Source of the DNA: an uncultured Drancourtella sp.
GTDB taxonomy: Bacteria; Bacillota; Clostridia; Lachnospirales; Lachnospiraceae
Length of the DNA stretch: 64,000 bases
Direction of reading: 5' to 3'
NCBI GenBank assembly: GCA_937880845.1
Contig: CALFLL010000020.1
Location: 24,350-88,349, forward strand
In this document: positions 36,735-46,343 of the stretch, in pieces
How positions within the stretch are numbered: the stretch's first letter is position 1
Layout of the letters: each line of letters starts with the position of its first letter
Position numbers and translations under genes: made by a program
Notes under the pieces: model-generated
Told to the model about the DNA's origin: nothing
Databases searched by the model: none
What the model saw: only the letters and a program-made list of their open reading frames with translations

Positions 36735-37871
36735 ATGACAGAGTTAAGACAATGCCTTCAAAAGGTATTTTGCATAGAATTTTTGGCTGCTGTTTTGAGT
36801 AATCCACGCAATGATGAAGAAGCATCAAAAGTGAAGATTCGTCCGATTCTCAAAGCAGACAGACTGTATTTTCAATTCGAAACGTTTAAAGGAAAACAGG
36901 TTTTCCATGAAAATCTGGAAGCGGATCAGGCACTTGAAAAAGCCATCTGGTGGATGGAAAAATTTCGTTAAATGCAGATTGATATGAAAAACAGTCAGAT
37001 TCTCATATTAGTGAGCAAAAAAGGAAAGATTACTGTTAAGGAAAAAAAGATGACAAGATCACAGAAAGATCTGCCGGATCTTTCTCACAACCGAAAAAAG
37101 AACTATATCCTTCAAGAAGGGATGGATATTCCGTTTTTAAAAGATCTTGGAGTGATGACGCAGCAAGGAAAGATTGTTCATTCCAGATTTGACAAGTTCC
37201 GTCAGATTAACAGATATCTGGAATTTATAGAGGACATTCTTCCGCAGTTACAGAAAGAAAAGGAGATCACGATTCTTGATTTTGGATGCGGGAAATCTTA
37301 TCTGACTTTTGCTTTATATTACTATCTTCATGAAATGAAGCATTATAATATCCGTATCATTGGACTGGATTTGAAGGAAGATGTAATCAATCACTGTAAT
37401 CAGCTTGCAGAAAAATATAAATATGAAAAATTGAAGTTTTTGACGGGAGATATTGCACAATACGAAGGTGTAAAAGAAGTAGACATGGTTGTGACACTCC
37501 ATGCCTGTGATACAGCTACAGATTATGCTCTTGCAAAAGCGGTCAGATGGAATGCGAAAGTAATCTTATCTGTCCCGTGTTGCCAGCATGAGGTCAACAG
37601 ACAGATTCAAAATGATATTTTAAGTCCGATTCTGTCTTATGGTCTTTTGAAAGAGAGGATGTCGGCACTTGTCACCGATGGATTGAGGGCAGAATATTTG
37701 AAGAGAGAAGGCTATGATACGCAGATCTTGGAATTTATCGATATGGAACATACACCGAAAAATATTTTAATCCGTGCCGTAAAGACAGGAAAGAAGGCAG
37801 ATAATCAGCATATAATACAGGAATGTGAACAGTTTCTTCACATAAAACCGACGATCAGTACGCTTTTATAA
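36735..37871 (+). pseudogene. SAM-dependent methyltransferase (Methyltransf_32-like) interrupted by an in-frame TAA at 36969-36971
   Basis: ORFs 36735-36971 and 36972-37871 share one frame and are separated only by TAA. The downstream part has the SAM motif ILDFGCGKSYL. The joined length (~377 aa) fits full-length family members as recalled. Confidence 0.55.
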
Positions 37872-37886
37872 AAGGGGAGTTTTACA

Positions 37887-40391
37887 ATGAAGCAAAAGGC
37901 AATACATGCAGGAATATTGGCAGTAATTTTTATACTGGCGATTGTGTTGTTTAGTTATATGACAAATAGAAAAGAAGACGACGTTACAACGGAGATGGGA
38001 AGTGCGTCTTTGCCGGAGATTTCTTTTCAATATGAAAATTTTGAGATCAATAACCTGAAAGGTTATACAAATGAAATGGAAATTTCCACAATGAGGGATA
38101 CCATCACACCTGTGGAAAACGGTGTAATTAATGCAAAAATTGATGATGCGGATAAGAAGGTGACTTCTGTTTCGTATGAAATCTATTCCATGGACGGTAG
38201 AAAAAAACTGTATTCGAGAGAAGCGAAGATAGAGAAAAATACAGTGGAACTTTCTATTCCGGAAAAGGTACTTTCGGAAGGAGAACGATTCCTTAAGATT
38301 ACGTTAAACCTGGAAGGCGATAAAAGAGCATATTATTATACACGCATCGGTAATTCTGCAGACTGGAATATGCAAAGATGTATGGCATATGTCAAAAATT
38401 TCTTTGACAAGGAAAGAGACAAGACGGCAGCCGTGGAATTAAAAAAGGCTTTGGAACCAAGTAGTGAAGGGGATAATTCCACTTATCAAACAGTAACGAT
38501 CCATTCTGACTTTGATCATGTTACATGGGGAAATCTGGAACCAAAGATAGTAGGAGAGGTAAAATGGGAAATTAAAGAAGCCAATTCTTACTATATGTCT
38601 GTTTTGCTTTCTTACCAGACAGATTGCAAAGGGGACGATGACCAAACAGAAAGATACAATGTAAACGAGTATTTCAGAGTACGGTATTCCGACAATAAGC
38701 AGATGTATCTTCTGGATTATAACAGAACGATGAATCAGATTTTTGACGGAGAAACGGCAAAGCTTGATAAAGACGGTATCCTGCTCGGAGTTACCGATGC
38801 AAATGTGGATTACTTGGTCAACAAAGAAGGAAGTGTTGTATCTTTTGTACAGGAAAGGGAATTATGGAATTATAATAAGAAAGAAAATCAACTTTCCCGT
38901 GTATTCACATATGAGGATGAAAAAGACAAAAGCGGAAGAAATTATGATGATCATGTGGTACAGCTTGTAAGTATGGATAAGGATGGCAGTACTACCTTTA
39001 CCGTATCGGGCTATGTAAACCGGGGACCTCATGAGGGAGAAGTCGGGGTTTCGGTATATTTTTATGATATCAATAAAAATTCTGTAGAAGAAAAAGTATT
39101 TATTCCAAGTGTGAAGTCGGCATCGGTACTGACAAGTGATCCGGGGAAATTGATCTATTACAGTGAAGGAAGCGGAAAGCTTTATATGATGCAGGACGGC
39201 ACGCTTTATGAAGTAGATCTTATTCACGATACACGAAAAACTCTTGTGAAAAATCTGCACCAAGGTCAGTATGTAAGTTCGGAAGACGGAAAACTTCTGG
39301 CATATCAGAAAAAAGGTGAGCTAAATAATGCAACACAGATTGAAGTCCTGAATCTTGCCACAGGAAAAGGATATCTTGTAGAGGCAGGTAAAGAAGAAAG
39401 CATACGTCCACTTGGATTTATACGAAACGATTTTATGTACGGTACTGCAAGACAGGGAGATTCCGGAATTACAGCATCAGGTCAGACTGTGATTCCGATG
39501 TATAAGCTGGAGATCAGAAACCAGAGAAATGAAACCGTCAAAACCTATCAAGTGGATCAGACCTATATTTTGGATGTGGTATTTGAAGATGATATGGCAA
39601 CTCTAAAGAGAGCGGTAAAAACAGGAAATTCTTATAATTATATAGCGGAAGATTATATTACCAATAATGAAGAAAGAGAAGAAAGCAATATATCCGTTGA
39701 AACTTACAGGACGGAACAAAAAGGGACACAGATACGTTTGGAGTATGCTGATGGAATTACAGACAGATCCCCGAAACTTCTGGAGCCGAAACTGGTCATG
39801 GCAAAAGGACAGATGACGCTTTCCTTTGATTCTTCTTCTAAAAAAGGAAGCTATTATGTATATGGGGAAGGAAAGTTACAGGGAATTTATCAGAATGCCG
39901 GATACGCAGTAAAGAAAGCGGAAGAATTAAGAGGAGTTGTCGTAACGTCAAGGCTTGCTTATGTTTATGAAAGCGGAAATAAGCCGGTTTCTTATGAGAT
40001 TACGGATCTTGGGGACACATCCGTCAGAGAAGGTGAAAACCGGTTGGAAGCAGGCGTACGTATCATTATGCAGAGAGAAAATACAAAGCTTGATTTTGAA
40101 AAAAGGGAAAAAAATGATGAATCGGTCATTGAGTTTGTAAATGACAATGCTTCTGGAGAGGTACTGGAATTATCCGGATGTACAACAGAACAGGTGCTTT
40201 ATTTGATAAGCAGGAATACACCGGTCGTAGCTCTTACGGGTAACGGAAATGCCGTATTGCTTACAGGATATGATAAAAAAACCGTAACTTATTTCGATCT
40301 GGGTACACAGTCTGAAAAAACCGTGACACAGGAAAAAATGAATGAGATGGTAAAAGCAAGCGGGAATACGTTTGTGGGTTATACAAAATAA
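37887..40391 (+). CDS. large membrane-anchored extracytoplasmic protein, hypothetical
   Basis: 834 aa with a single N-terminal TM (ILAVIFILAIVLFSY). It begins 15 nt after the methyltransferase ORF. No family recognised. Confidence 0.6.
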   Translation: MKQKAIHAGILAVIFILAIVLFSYMTNRKEDDVTTEMGSASLPEISFQYENFEINNLKGYTNEMEISTMRDTITPVENGVINAKIDDADKKVTSVSYEIYSMDGRKKLYSREAKIEKNTVELSIPEKVLSEGERFLKITLNLEGDKRAYYYTRIGNSADWNMQRCMAYVKNFFDKERDKTAAVELKKALEPSSEGDNSTYQTVTIHSDFDHVTWGNLEPKIVGEVKWEIKEANSYYMSVLLSYQTDCKGDDDQTERYNVNEYFRVRYSDNKQMYLLDYNRTMNQIFDGETAKLDKDGILLGVTDANVDYLVNKEGSVVSFVQERELWNYNKKENQLSRVFTYEDEKDKSGRNYDDHVVQLVSMDKDGSTTFTVSGYVNRGPHEGEVGVSVYFYDINKNSVEEKVFIPSVKSASVLTSDPGKLIYYSEGSGKLYMMQDGTLYEVDLIHDTRKTLVKNLHQGQYVSSEDGKLLAYQKKGELNNATQIEVLNLATGKGYLVEAGKEESIRPLGFIRNDFMYGTARQGDSGITASGQTVIPMYKLEIRNQRNETVKTYQVDQTYILDVVFEDDMATLKRAVKTGNSYNYIAEDYITNNEEREESNISVETYRTEQKGTQIRLEYADGITDRSPKLLEPKLVMAKGQMTLSFDSSSKKGSYYVYGEGKLQGIYQNAGYAVKKAEELRGVVVTSRLAYVYESGNKPVSYEITDLGDTSVREGENRLEAGVRIIMQRENTKLDFEKREKNDESVIEFVNDNASGEVLELSGCTTEQVLYLISRNTPVVALTGNGNAVLLTGYDKKTVTYFDLGTQSEKTVTQEKMNEMVKASGNTFVGYTK

Positions 40392-40397
40392 GACAGG

Positions 40398-40442
40398 TCG
40401 GGGACGTGTTCCGATACATCGGAACACGTCCCCGATTTTTTA
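40398..40442 (+). terminator. intrinsic terminator
   Basis: 17-bp stem TCGGGGACGTGTTCCGA/TCGGAACACGTCCCCGA with a 4-nt loop and a T7 tract. Confidence 0.9.
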
Positions 40443-40534
40443 ATAACTCAAAGAAAATTCTTTAGTGTAATCTGGGAAAAAGCATGATATAATAGAGTAC
40501 ATATATCAGCCGGAAAAGAAGAGGAGGAGGAAAC

Positions 40535-41926
40535 ATGGAACTGATAACAATCAAAGAATTGTACAAACAGACAGAAACATATCTGGACCGGAAGGTGACC
40601 ATAGGAGGATGGGTGAGAAGTATCCGTGACTCCAAGGCATTTGGATTTATTGTTGTAAATGACGGTTCTTTCTTTGAACCGATCCAGATCGTTTATCATG
40701 ATACAATGGACAACTTTAAGGAGATTTCAAAGCTGAATGTAGGGGCAGCCATCATCGTGACGGGAACACTTGTCGCCACACCACAGGCAAAACAGCCTTT
40801 TGAAATCCAAGCGGAGGAGATTGTGGTAGAAGGTGCTTCTGCACCGGATTATCCGCTTCAAAAAAAGCGTCATACATTGGAATATTTAAGAACGATGACA
40901 CATTTGCGCCCAAGAACTAATACATTCCAGGCAGTATTCCGTGTCCGTTCCCTGATTGCTTATGCGATTCATCAGTTTTTCCAGGAAAGAGGATTTGTTT
41001 ATGTCCATACACCTCTGATCACGGGAAATGACTGTGAAGGTGCAGGGGAAATGTTCCAGGTGACAACAATGGATCTTGAAAACGTGCCGAAGTGTGAAGA
41101 CGGAAGCATTGATTACAGTAAAGACTTCTTCAATAAGAAAACAAGTCTTACCGTAAGCGGGCAGCTAAATGCAGAAACTTATGCACAGGCATTCCGGAAT
41201 GTTTACACATTCGGACCTACTTTCCGTGCAGAAAATTCCAATACGACACGCCATGCAGCAGAATTCTGGATGGTGGAACCGGAGATTGCATTCGCGGATC
41301 TTGAAGATGACATGGATCTTGCAGAAGCAATGCTGAAATATATCATCAACTATGTGTTGGAACATGCTCCGGAAGAAATGAAATTCTTTAATTCCTTTGT
41401 TGACAAAGGACTTCTGGACAGACTGAACAATGTGGCAAACTCTGAGTTTGCAAGAGTTACTTATACAGAAGCAGTTGAGATTTTGAAGAAAAATAATGAC
41501 AAATTTGAATATAAAGTAGAGTGGGGGACAGATCTTCAGACAGAGCATGAGCGCTATCTGACAGAAGAGATTTACAAACGTCCGGTATTTGTAACGGATT
41601 ATCCGAAGGATATCAAGGCATTCTATATGAAAATGAACGAAGACGGAAAAACGGTTGCGGCAGTTGACTGTCTTGTGCCGGGAATCGGAGAACTCATCGG
41701 CGGAAGCCAGAGGGAAGATGACTATGACAAGTTATTGAACCGTATGAAAGAACTTGGCATGGAAACAGATGAATACCGCTTCTATTTGGATCTTCGCAGA
41801 TATGGTTCTACACGTCATGCGGGATTCGGACTTGGTTTTGAAAGATGTGTGATGTATCTGACAGGAATGACAAATATCCGTGACGTGCTTCCGTTCCCAA
41901 GAACGGTAAACAACTGTGAACTGTAA
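40535..41926 (+). CDS. asnS: asparagine--tRNA ligase
   Basis: 463 aa. N-terminal OB fold ([25 protein letters not shown]) and class II motifs ([33 protein letters not shown]). Confidence 0.95.
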   Translation: MELITIKELYKQTETYLDRKVTIGGWVRSIRDSKAFGFIVVNDGSFFEPIQIVYHDTMDNFKEISKLNVGAAIIVTGTLVATPQAKQPFEIQAEEIVVEGASAPDYPLQKKRHTLEYLRTMTHLRPRTNTFQAVFRVRSLIAYAIHQFFQERGFVYVHTPLITGNDCEGAGEMFQVTTMDLENVPKCEDGSIDYSKDFFNKKTSLTVSGQLNAETYAQAFRNVYTFGPTFRAENSNTTRHAAEFWMVEPEIAFADLEDDMDLAEAMLKYIINYVLEHAPEEMKFFNSFVDKGLLDRLNNVANSEFARVTYTEAVEILKKNNDKFEYKVEWGTDLQTEHERYLTEEIYKRPVFVTDYPKDIKAFYMKMNEDGKTVAAVDCLVPGIGELIGGSQREDDYDKLLNRMKELGMETDEYRFYLDLRRYGSTRHAGFGLGFERCVMYLTGMTNIRDVLPFPRTVNNCEL

Positions 41927-41956
41927 ATGATTTGAACTGGTTAGAAAAGGGGACAA

Positions 41957-42652
41957 ATGATGAATCATATCCTGGTTGTGGACGATGAAAAGGAAATTGC
42001 AGATGTAATAGAGCTTTATTTAAAGAATGACCAGTACGAAGTAATGAAATTTTATACAGGCGAGGAAGCCCTTGCCTGTATAGAATCTACAAAGATCGAT
42101 CTGGCACTTCTGGATGTGATGCTTCCGGATATCGACGGATTCACGATTCTAAAAAAAATAAGGGAAAAATATACATTTCCGGTGATCATGTTGACTGCCA
42201 AGACAGAATATATGGATAAGATTACGGGACTGACATTAGGTGCGGATGATTATATTGCGAAGCCGTTTAACCCGTTGGAACTTGTTGCACGTGTAAAGGC
42301 ACAGCTTAGAAGATATACAAAATATAATGACGGTATAAAGACAGAAATCGATGTGATTGATTTCAAGGGGTTATTTCTCGACAGAAAATCCCACGAATGT
42401 GTCTATAATGAACAAAGCCTGACACTGACTCCGATTGAATTTGATATTTTATGGCTTCTATGTGAAAACAGAGGAAGGGTCATCAGTTCGGAGGAACTGT
42501 TTGAAAATGTATGGCACGAAAAATATTACAAGAACAGTAACAATACCGTCATGGTACATATCAGACATCTTCGTGAAAAGATGAGCGGGCCAATGGGAAA
42601 ATCTGATTTTATCAAGACTGTCTGGGGAGTGGGATATAAGGTTGAAGAATAA
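41957..42652 (+). CDS. VanR-type (OmpR family) response regulator
   Basis: High collinearity with Tn1546 VanR as recalled (EIADVIELYLKN, GADDYIAKPFNPLELVARVKAQLRRY, VMVHIRHLREKM, IKTVWGVGYK). Confidence 0.9.
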   Translation: MMNHILVVDDEKEIADVIELYLKNDQYEVMKFYTGEEALACIESTKIDLALLDVMLPDIDGFTILKKIREKYTFPVIMLTAKTEYMDKITGLTLGADDYIAKPFNPLELVARVKAQLRRYTKYNDGIKTEIDVIDFKGLFLDRKSHECVYNEQSLTLTPIEFDILWLLCENRGRVISSEELFENVWHEKYYKNSNNTVMVHIRHLREKMSGPMGKSDFIKTVWGVGYKVEE

Positions 42653-43826
42653 ACCGGGGAAATTAAAGAAAAGTAAATATAAAAAGCTGAAATTAAGTAT
42701 TTTGCTGCAGACGGTGTTTGTAACGGCGCTTACGGTTCTGGTCGGTGGATTTTTGCTGAAATATATCATTGATGGGGTTTACAATAATGATGTTTCGGAA
42801 ATTTTTATCGGTATTTTGAAATTTTTTCATGTACAGGAGTCTGTTGCCATTGATTTATACTGGAAAGTATTGGGTAACAATAAAAACTTCTTTATGATGA
42901 TTGGTTTCCTCGGACTGTTTGCGCTTTTTTTCTATGTGGCACTGTCCAAAATGACAAAATATCTGGAAGATATCGAGGAAGGAATTGAAAATATTGTTTC
43001 CGAATCAAATGAACCTGTCCATCTTATTTCGGAACTAAAGCCGATTGAAAGAAAATTAAACAGTATCAAATATACACTGGAGAGCCAGAAAAAAGAAATG
43101 CAGGAGAGCGAACAGAGGAAAAATGACCTTGTGGTATTTCTTGCCCATGATCTGAAGACACCTCTTACTTCCATTGTTGCTTATTTGAGTATGTTGGAAT
43201 CTCATCCGGAAATGGATATGGAAGAGCGATGTAAATATACGAAAATATCTTTGGAGAAAGCATTGATGCTTGGAGAACTTCTTGGAGAGCTGTTTGACAT
43301 CGCCAAATTTAATGCACAAGATATCGTTCTGGAAAAATCGGAACTGAACCTGAGCAGAATGTTGGAACAGATCGTGGATGAATTGTATGTGGTGCTTCAG
43401 GAGAAAAATCTGACATGTGAAGTGAATTTTACGGAGGATATCATTGTGGAGGCAGATCCGGACAAACTTGCAAGAGTATTTGATAATTTGATGAGGAATG
43501 CTATTTCTTATAGTAAATGGGGGACAACAATTCATATCAGTCTCTCACAGACAGAAGGAAAAGTATGCATTGTTTTTTCTAATGAGGGAGCTAAAATTCC
43601 GAAAGAAAAGTTGAATCATATTTTTGAAAAGTTTTACCGGGCAGATGAATCCAGATCAAGTTCTACGGGAGGAGCAGGGCTTGGGCTTGCTATTGCAAAA
43701 GAAATAGTAGAACTTCACGGAGGAGAAATTTCGGCTCAAAGCGATGAAATCCAGACGAGATTTATTGTCATTCTTCCAAATGCCGGGAAAGGAGACGAAG
43801 AAGTTGAAATTTGTTCACACAGCTGA
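42642..43826 (+). CDS. VanS-type sensor histidine kinase
   Basis: TTG start overlaps the regulator stop. Two TM helices, H-box LAHDLKTPLTSIVAYLSML, and N/G boxes (MRNAISYS, GGAGLGLAIAKEIV). Confidence 0.85.
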   Translation: MKNKPGKLKKSKYKKLKLSILLQTVFVTALTVLVGGFLLKYIIDGVYNNDVSEIFIGILKFFHVQESVAIDLYWKVLGNNKNFFMMIGFLGLFALFFYVALSKMTKYLEDIEEGIENIVSESNEPVHLISELKPIERKLNSIKYTLESQKKEMQESEQRKNDLVVFLAHDLKTPLTSIVAYLSMLESHPEMDMEERCKYTKISLEKALMLGELLGELFDIAKFNAQDIVLEKSELNLSRMLEQIVDELYVVLQEKNLTCEVNFTEDIIVEADPDKLARVFDNLMRNAISYSKWGTTIHISLSQTEGKVCIVFSNEGAKIPKEKLNHIFEKFYRADESRSSSTGGAGLGLAIAKEIVELHGGEISAQSDEIQTRFIVILPNAGKGDEEVEICSHS

Positions 43827-44865
43827 TGTTCATCTGGGAGTCAGACCGGATGCGGGAAAAGCATATACAGACAGAAGGCCGAGAGAAATATGGGAAAGTT
43901 TTGAACGTCTGCTTACATTTTGTGAAGAGAATAAGGTCGATCTGCTTTTGATCGTAGGGGATCTGTTTCACCGACAGCCGCTTTTAAAAGAATTGAAAGA
44001 AGTCAGTTCTCTGTTTGACAGGCTGACTCATACAAAAGTGGTTCTTACGGCCGGAAATCATGATTATGTGAAAGCGGATTCACATTATAGAAAGTTCCGA
44101 TGGGGAGATAATGTCTATCCGCTATTTTCCGATCGGTTGGAAAAAGCAGAGTTTCCGGAACTGAAAACAGCAGTTTCGGGATTTAGTTATCAGCAAAAAG
44201 AAATAAGAAACGGGCTCTTGGCTTCCTGGAAATGTAAAAGAAGCCAGGAGAACGAAATTCTTCTTTTACACGGAGGGGATGAAAAGCATCTGCCTTTTCG
44301 AAAGAGGGAAGTCCGGCAGCTTGGCTATGATTATACAGCGTTGGGACATATTCATAAAGCAGATAGAAACTGTGAAGAAAACAGTCTGTACAGCGGAGCA
44401 CTGGAACCGACAGATCCGAATGACACAGGACAACATGGTTTTGTGTTGGGAACAGCCGAAAATGGTGTAGTATATACTAGGTTTGTGCCATTTGCCGGGA
44501 GAGAATATATCCACACAGAGATTTTGGTGGATCAAACCATGAACGGAAAAATACTGGAAGAAGAAATAAGAAAAACAATTGAAGAAGATGGCAGAGAAAA
44601 TATGTATCGCATTACTCTGACAGGATTCCGTGATCCGGACATTGAATTTGCCGTAGATTTAATGGATCCGTATGGAAATATAATAGACATTATAGATATG
44701 ACAAATCCAAGTTATGATTTTGAAAAATTAGAGAGGAAGAATCGTGACAATCTGCTTGGAAAATATATCAGAAGTTTTCAAAATGCCGGGCAGGAAGATG
44801 AATTACTGGAAGAAATGGCTTTATATGAAGGTGTGCGTGCTATTTTGGAAACAAGGAAAGGATAG
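43804..44865 (+). CDS. SbcD/YhaO-like metallophosphoesterase (DNA repair exonuclease family)
   Basis: Motifs VHTADVHLG, GDLFH, TAGNHDY, LLHGG, ALGHIH. The start is either TTG 43804 (AGGAG 9 nt upstream) or ATG 43780. Either overlaps the end of the kinase gene. Confidence 0.8.
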   Translation: MKFVHTADVHLGVRPDAGKAYTDRRPREIWESFERLLTFCEENKVDLLLIVGDLFHRQPLLKELKEVSSLFDRLTHTKVVLTAGNHDYVKADSHYRKFRWGDNVYPLFSDRLEKAEFPELKTAVSGFSYQQKEIRNGLLASWKCKRSQENEILLLHGGDEKHLPFRKREVRQLGYDYTALGHIHKADRNCEENSLYSGALEPTDPNDTGQHGFVLGTAENGVVYTRFVPFAGREYIHTEILVDQTMNGKILEEEIRKTIEEDGRENMYRITLTGFRDPDIEFAVDLMDPYGNIIDIIDMTNPSYDFEKLERKNRDNLLGKYIRSFQNAGQEDELLEEMALYEGVRAILETRKG

Positions 44866-44867
44866 AA

Positions 44868-46343
44868 ATGAAGATAGAACGACTGGAAATCAGAAGTTTT
44901 GGAAAATTTCATGATAAACATATAGAGCTTGCAGAAGGGATCAATTTGTTTTGCGGAGAAAATGAAATCGGGAAATCAACTGTGTATGCATTTATAAAAA
45001 GTATGCTGTTTGATATCGAAAGAGGACGAGGAAAGGCGGCTTCCAATGATATGTTTCATCAGTATGAACCGTGGGATATGCCGGCATATTATAGCGGAAT
45101 GATGCAGTTTGAATGTGGGGGAAAACACTTCCAACTAGAAAGAGATTTTACCAAAAATGGGAAAAAGACAAGGTTATTCTGTCTGGATGACGGTGAAGAA
45201 TTGTCTGAACAAGACGGCGATTTAGAGGCGATTTTATCTGACCTTGATAAAGCCGGGTTTGAAAATACCGCAGCGGTCGCCCAGTTAAGAGCAGAGCCGG
45301 GACCGGAGCTTGCCAAAGCTTTGAAAAATCTTGCAGCAAATTATTATACAGCGGGAACGGGAAACGTAGACTTGGAAGCGGCACTTTCAGGGCTGCAGAA
45401 AAGAAAAAAGGAAATCCAGAAATCCGTTTCTACATTATCCGGAAAAAGACAGAAGGAATGTGAAAAATCGGAACTGGAATTGGAGTATTGCAGGAAAGAA
45501 ATAGAAAGGCTCAGCCGGGAGTTAGAGGAAATACGTGAGCAGACAGAAGAAAGGCTCCCCAGGGAACGGAAAAAACAAGGAAACGGTATCATTGCGGGCT
45601 TGCTTGTTGTTTGTGTGATTCTTATAGCGGCATTTATTTTTCTGCCGCCGGAGGTATCTTATATCAGTGCGGGAATCATTCTTGCAGCAGTCGTTGTTTT
45701 TGGATGGAAAAAGGTGAAAAGCAGAAAAAAAGAACACGAAGATGTGGATAAAACAGAGAAGGACTTTCAGGAGCTCACCTGGAAAAAAGCCAGAATCAGA
45801 CAGGAAATCCAAGAGAAGAAAATAGCCTGCGACAATTTGCGGGAGCAGATTGCCGAAACATATGAACTTGGTGAAGAAGAGAAGCTTTTGCAGAAACGGC
45901 AGTCCGCCATTGAATTTGCTATTCAAAGAATGACGCAAATATCAAAAAGTGTACATCAGGAAGTGGGAACAAAATTAAATGAAAAAGCAGGAGAGATCCT
46001 TGGAGAGATCACCAACGGAAAATATACGCAACTGTTTGTTGATGACAGATTGGATATAAGTGTATTTTCGGAAAACCGAAAAATACCGGCTGCAAGGCTT
46101 AGCAGAGGAACAGTAGAGCAGGTTTATTTTTCTGTGCGTATGGCGGCATCGGAACTTCTGTATGAAGAAGAATATCCTGTCATTTTGGACGATACATTTG
46201 CCTATTATGATGAGGAGAGGATGAAAGCTGCTATCAGATGGTTGGCAGAACATAAAAAACAAGTGCTTCTTTTCTCCTGTCATAAAAGAGAAAAAGAAGC
46301 ACTTGATCAGATGCATATCACATACCGCGATGGATGGAATTAA
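44868..46343 (+). CDS. Rad50/SbcC/YhaN-like AAA ATPase with a central transmembrane hairpin
   Basis: N-terminal Walker A GENEIGKST and C-terminal Walker B YPVILDDTFAYYD. The charged coiled-coil arms flank two hydrophobic helices (IIAGLLVVCVILIAAFIFL / ISAGIILAAVVVFGW). Confidence 0.75.
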   Translation: MKIERLEIRSFGKFHDKHIELAEGINLFCGENEIGKSTVYAFIKSMLFDIERGRGKAASNDMFHQYEPWDMPAYYSGMMQFECGGKHFQLERDFTKNGKKTRLFCLDDGEELSEQDGDLEAILSDLDKAGFENTAAVAQLRAEPGPELAKALKNLAANYYTAGTGNVDLEAALSGLQKRKKEIQKSVSTLSGKRQKECEKSELELEYCRKEIERLSRELEEIREQTEERLPRERKKQGNGIIAGLLVVCVILIAAFIFLPPEVSYISAGIILAAVVVFGWKKVKSRKKEHEDVDKTEKDFQELTWKKARIRQEIQEKKIACDNLREQIAETYELGEEEKLLQKRQSAIEFAIQRMTQISKSVHQEVGTKLNEKAGEILGEITNGKYTQLFVDDRLDISVFSENRKIPAARLSRGTVEQVYFSVRMAASELLYEEEYPVILDDTFAYYDEERMKAAIRWLAEHKKQVLLFSCHKREKEALDQMHITYRDGWN

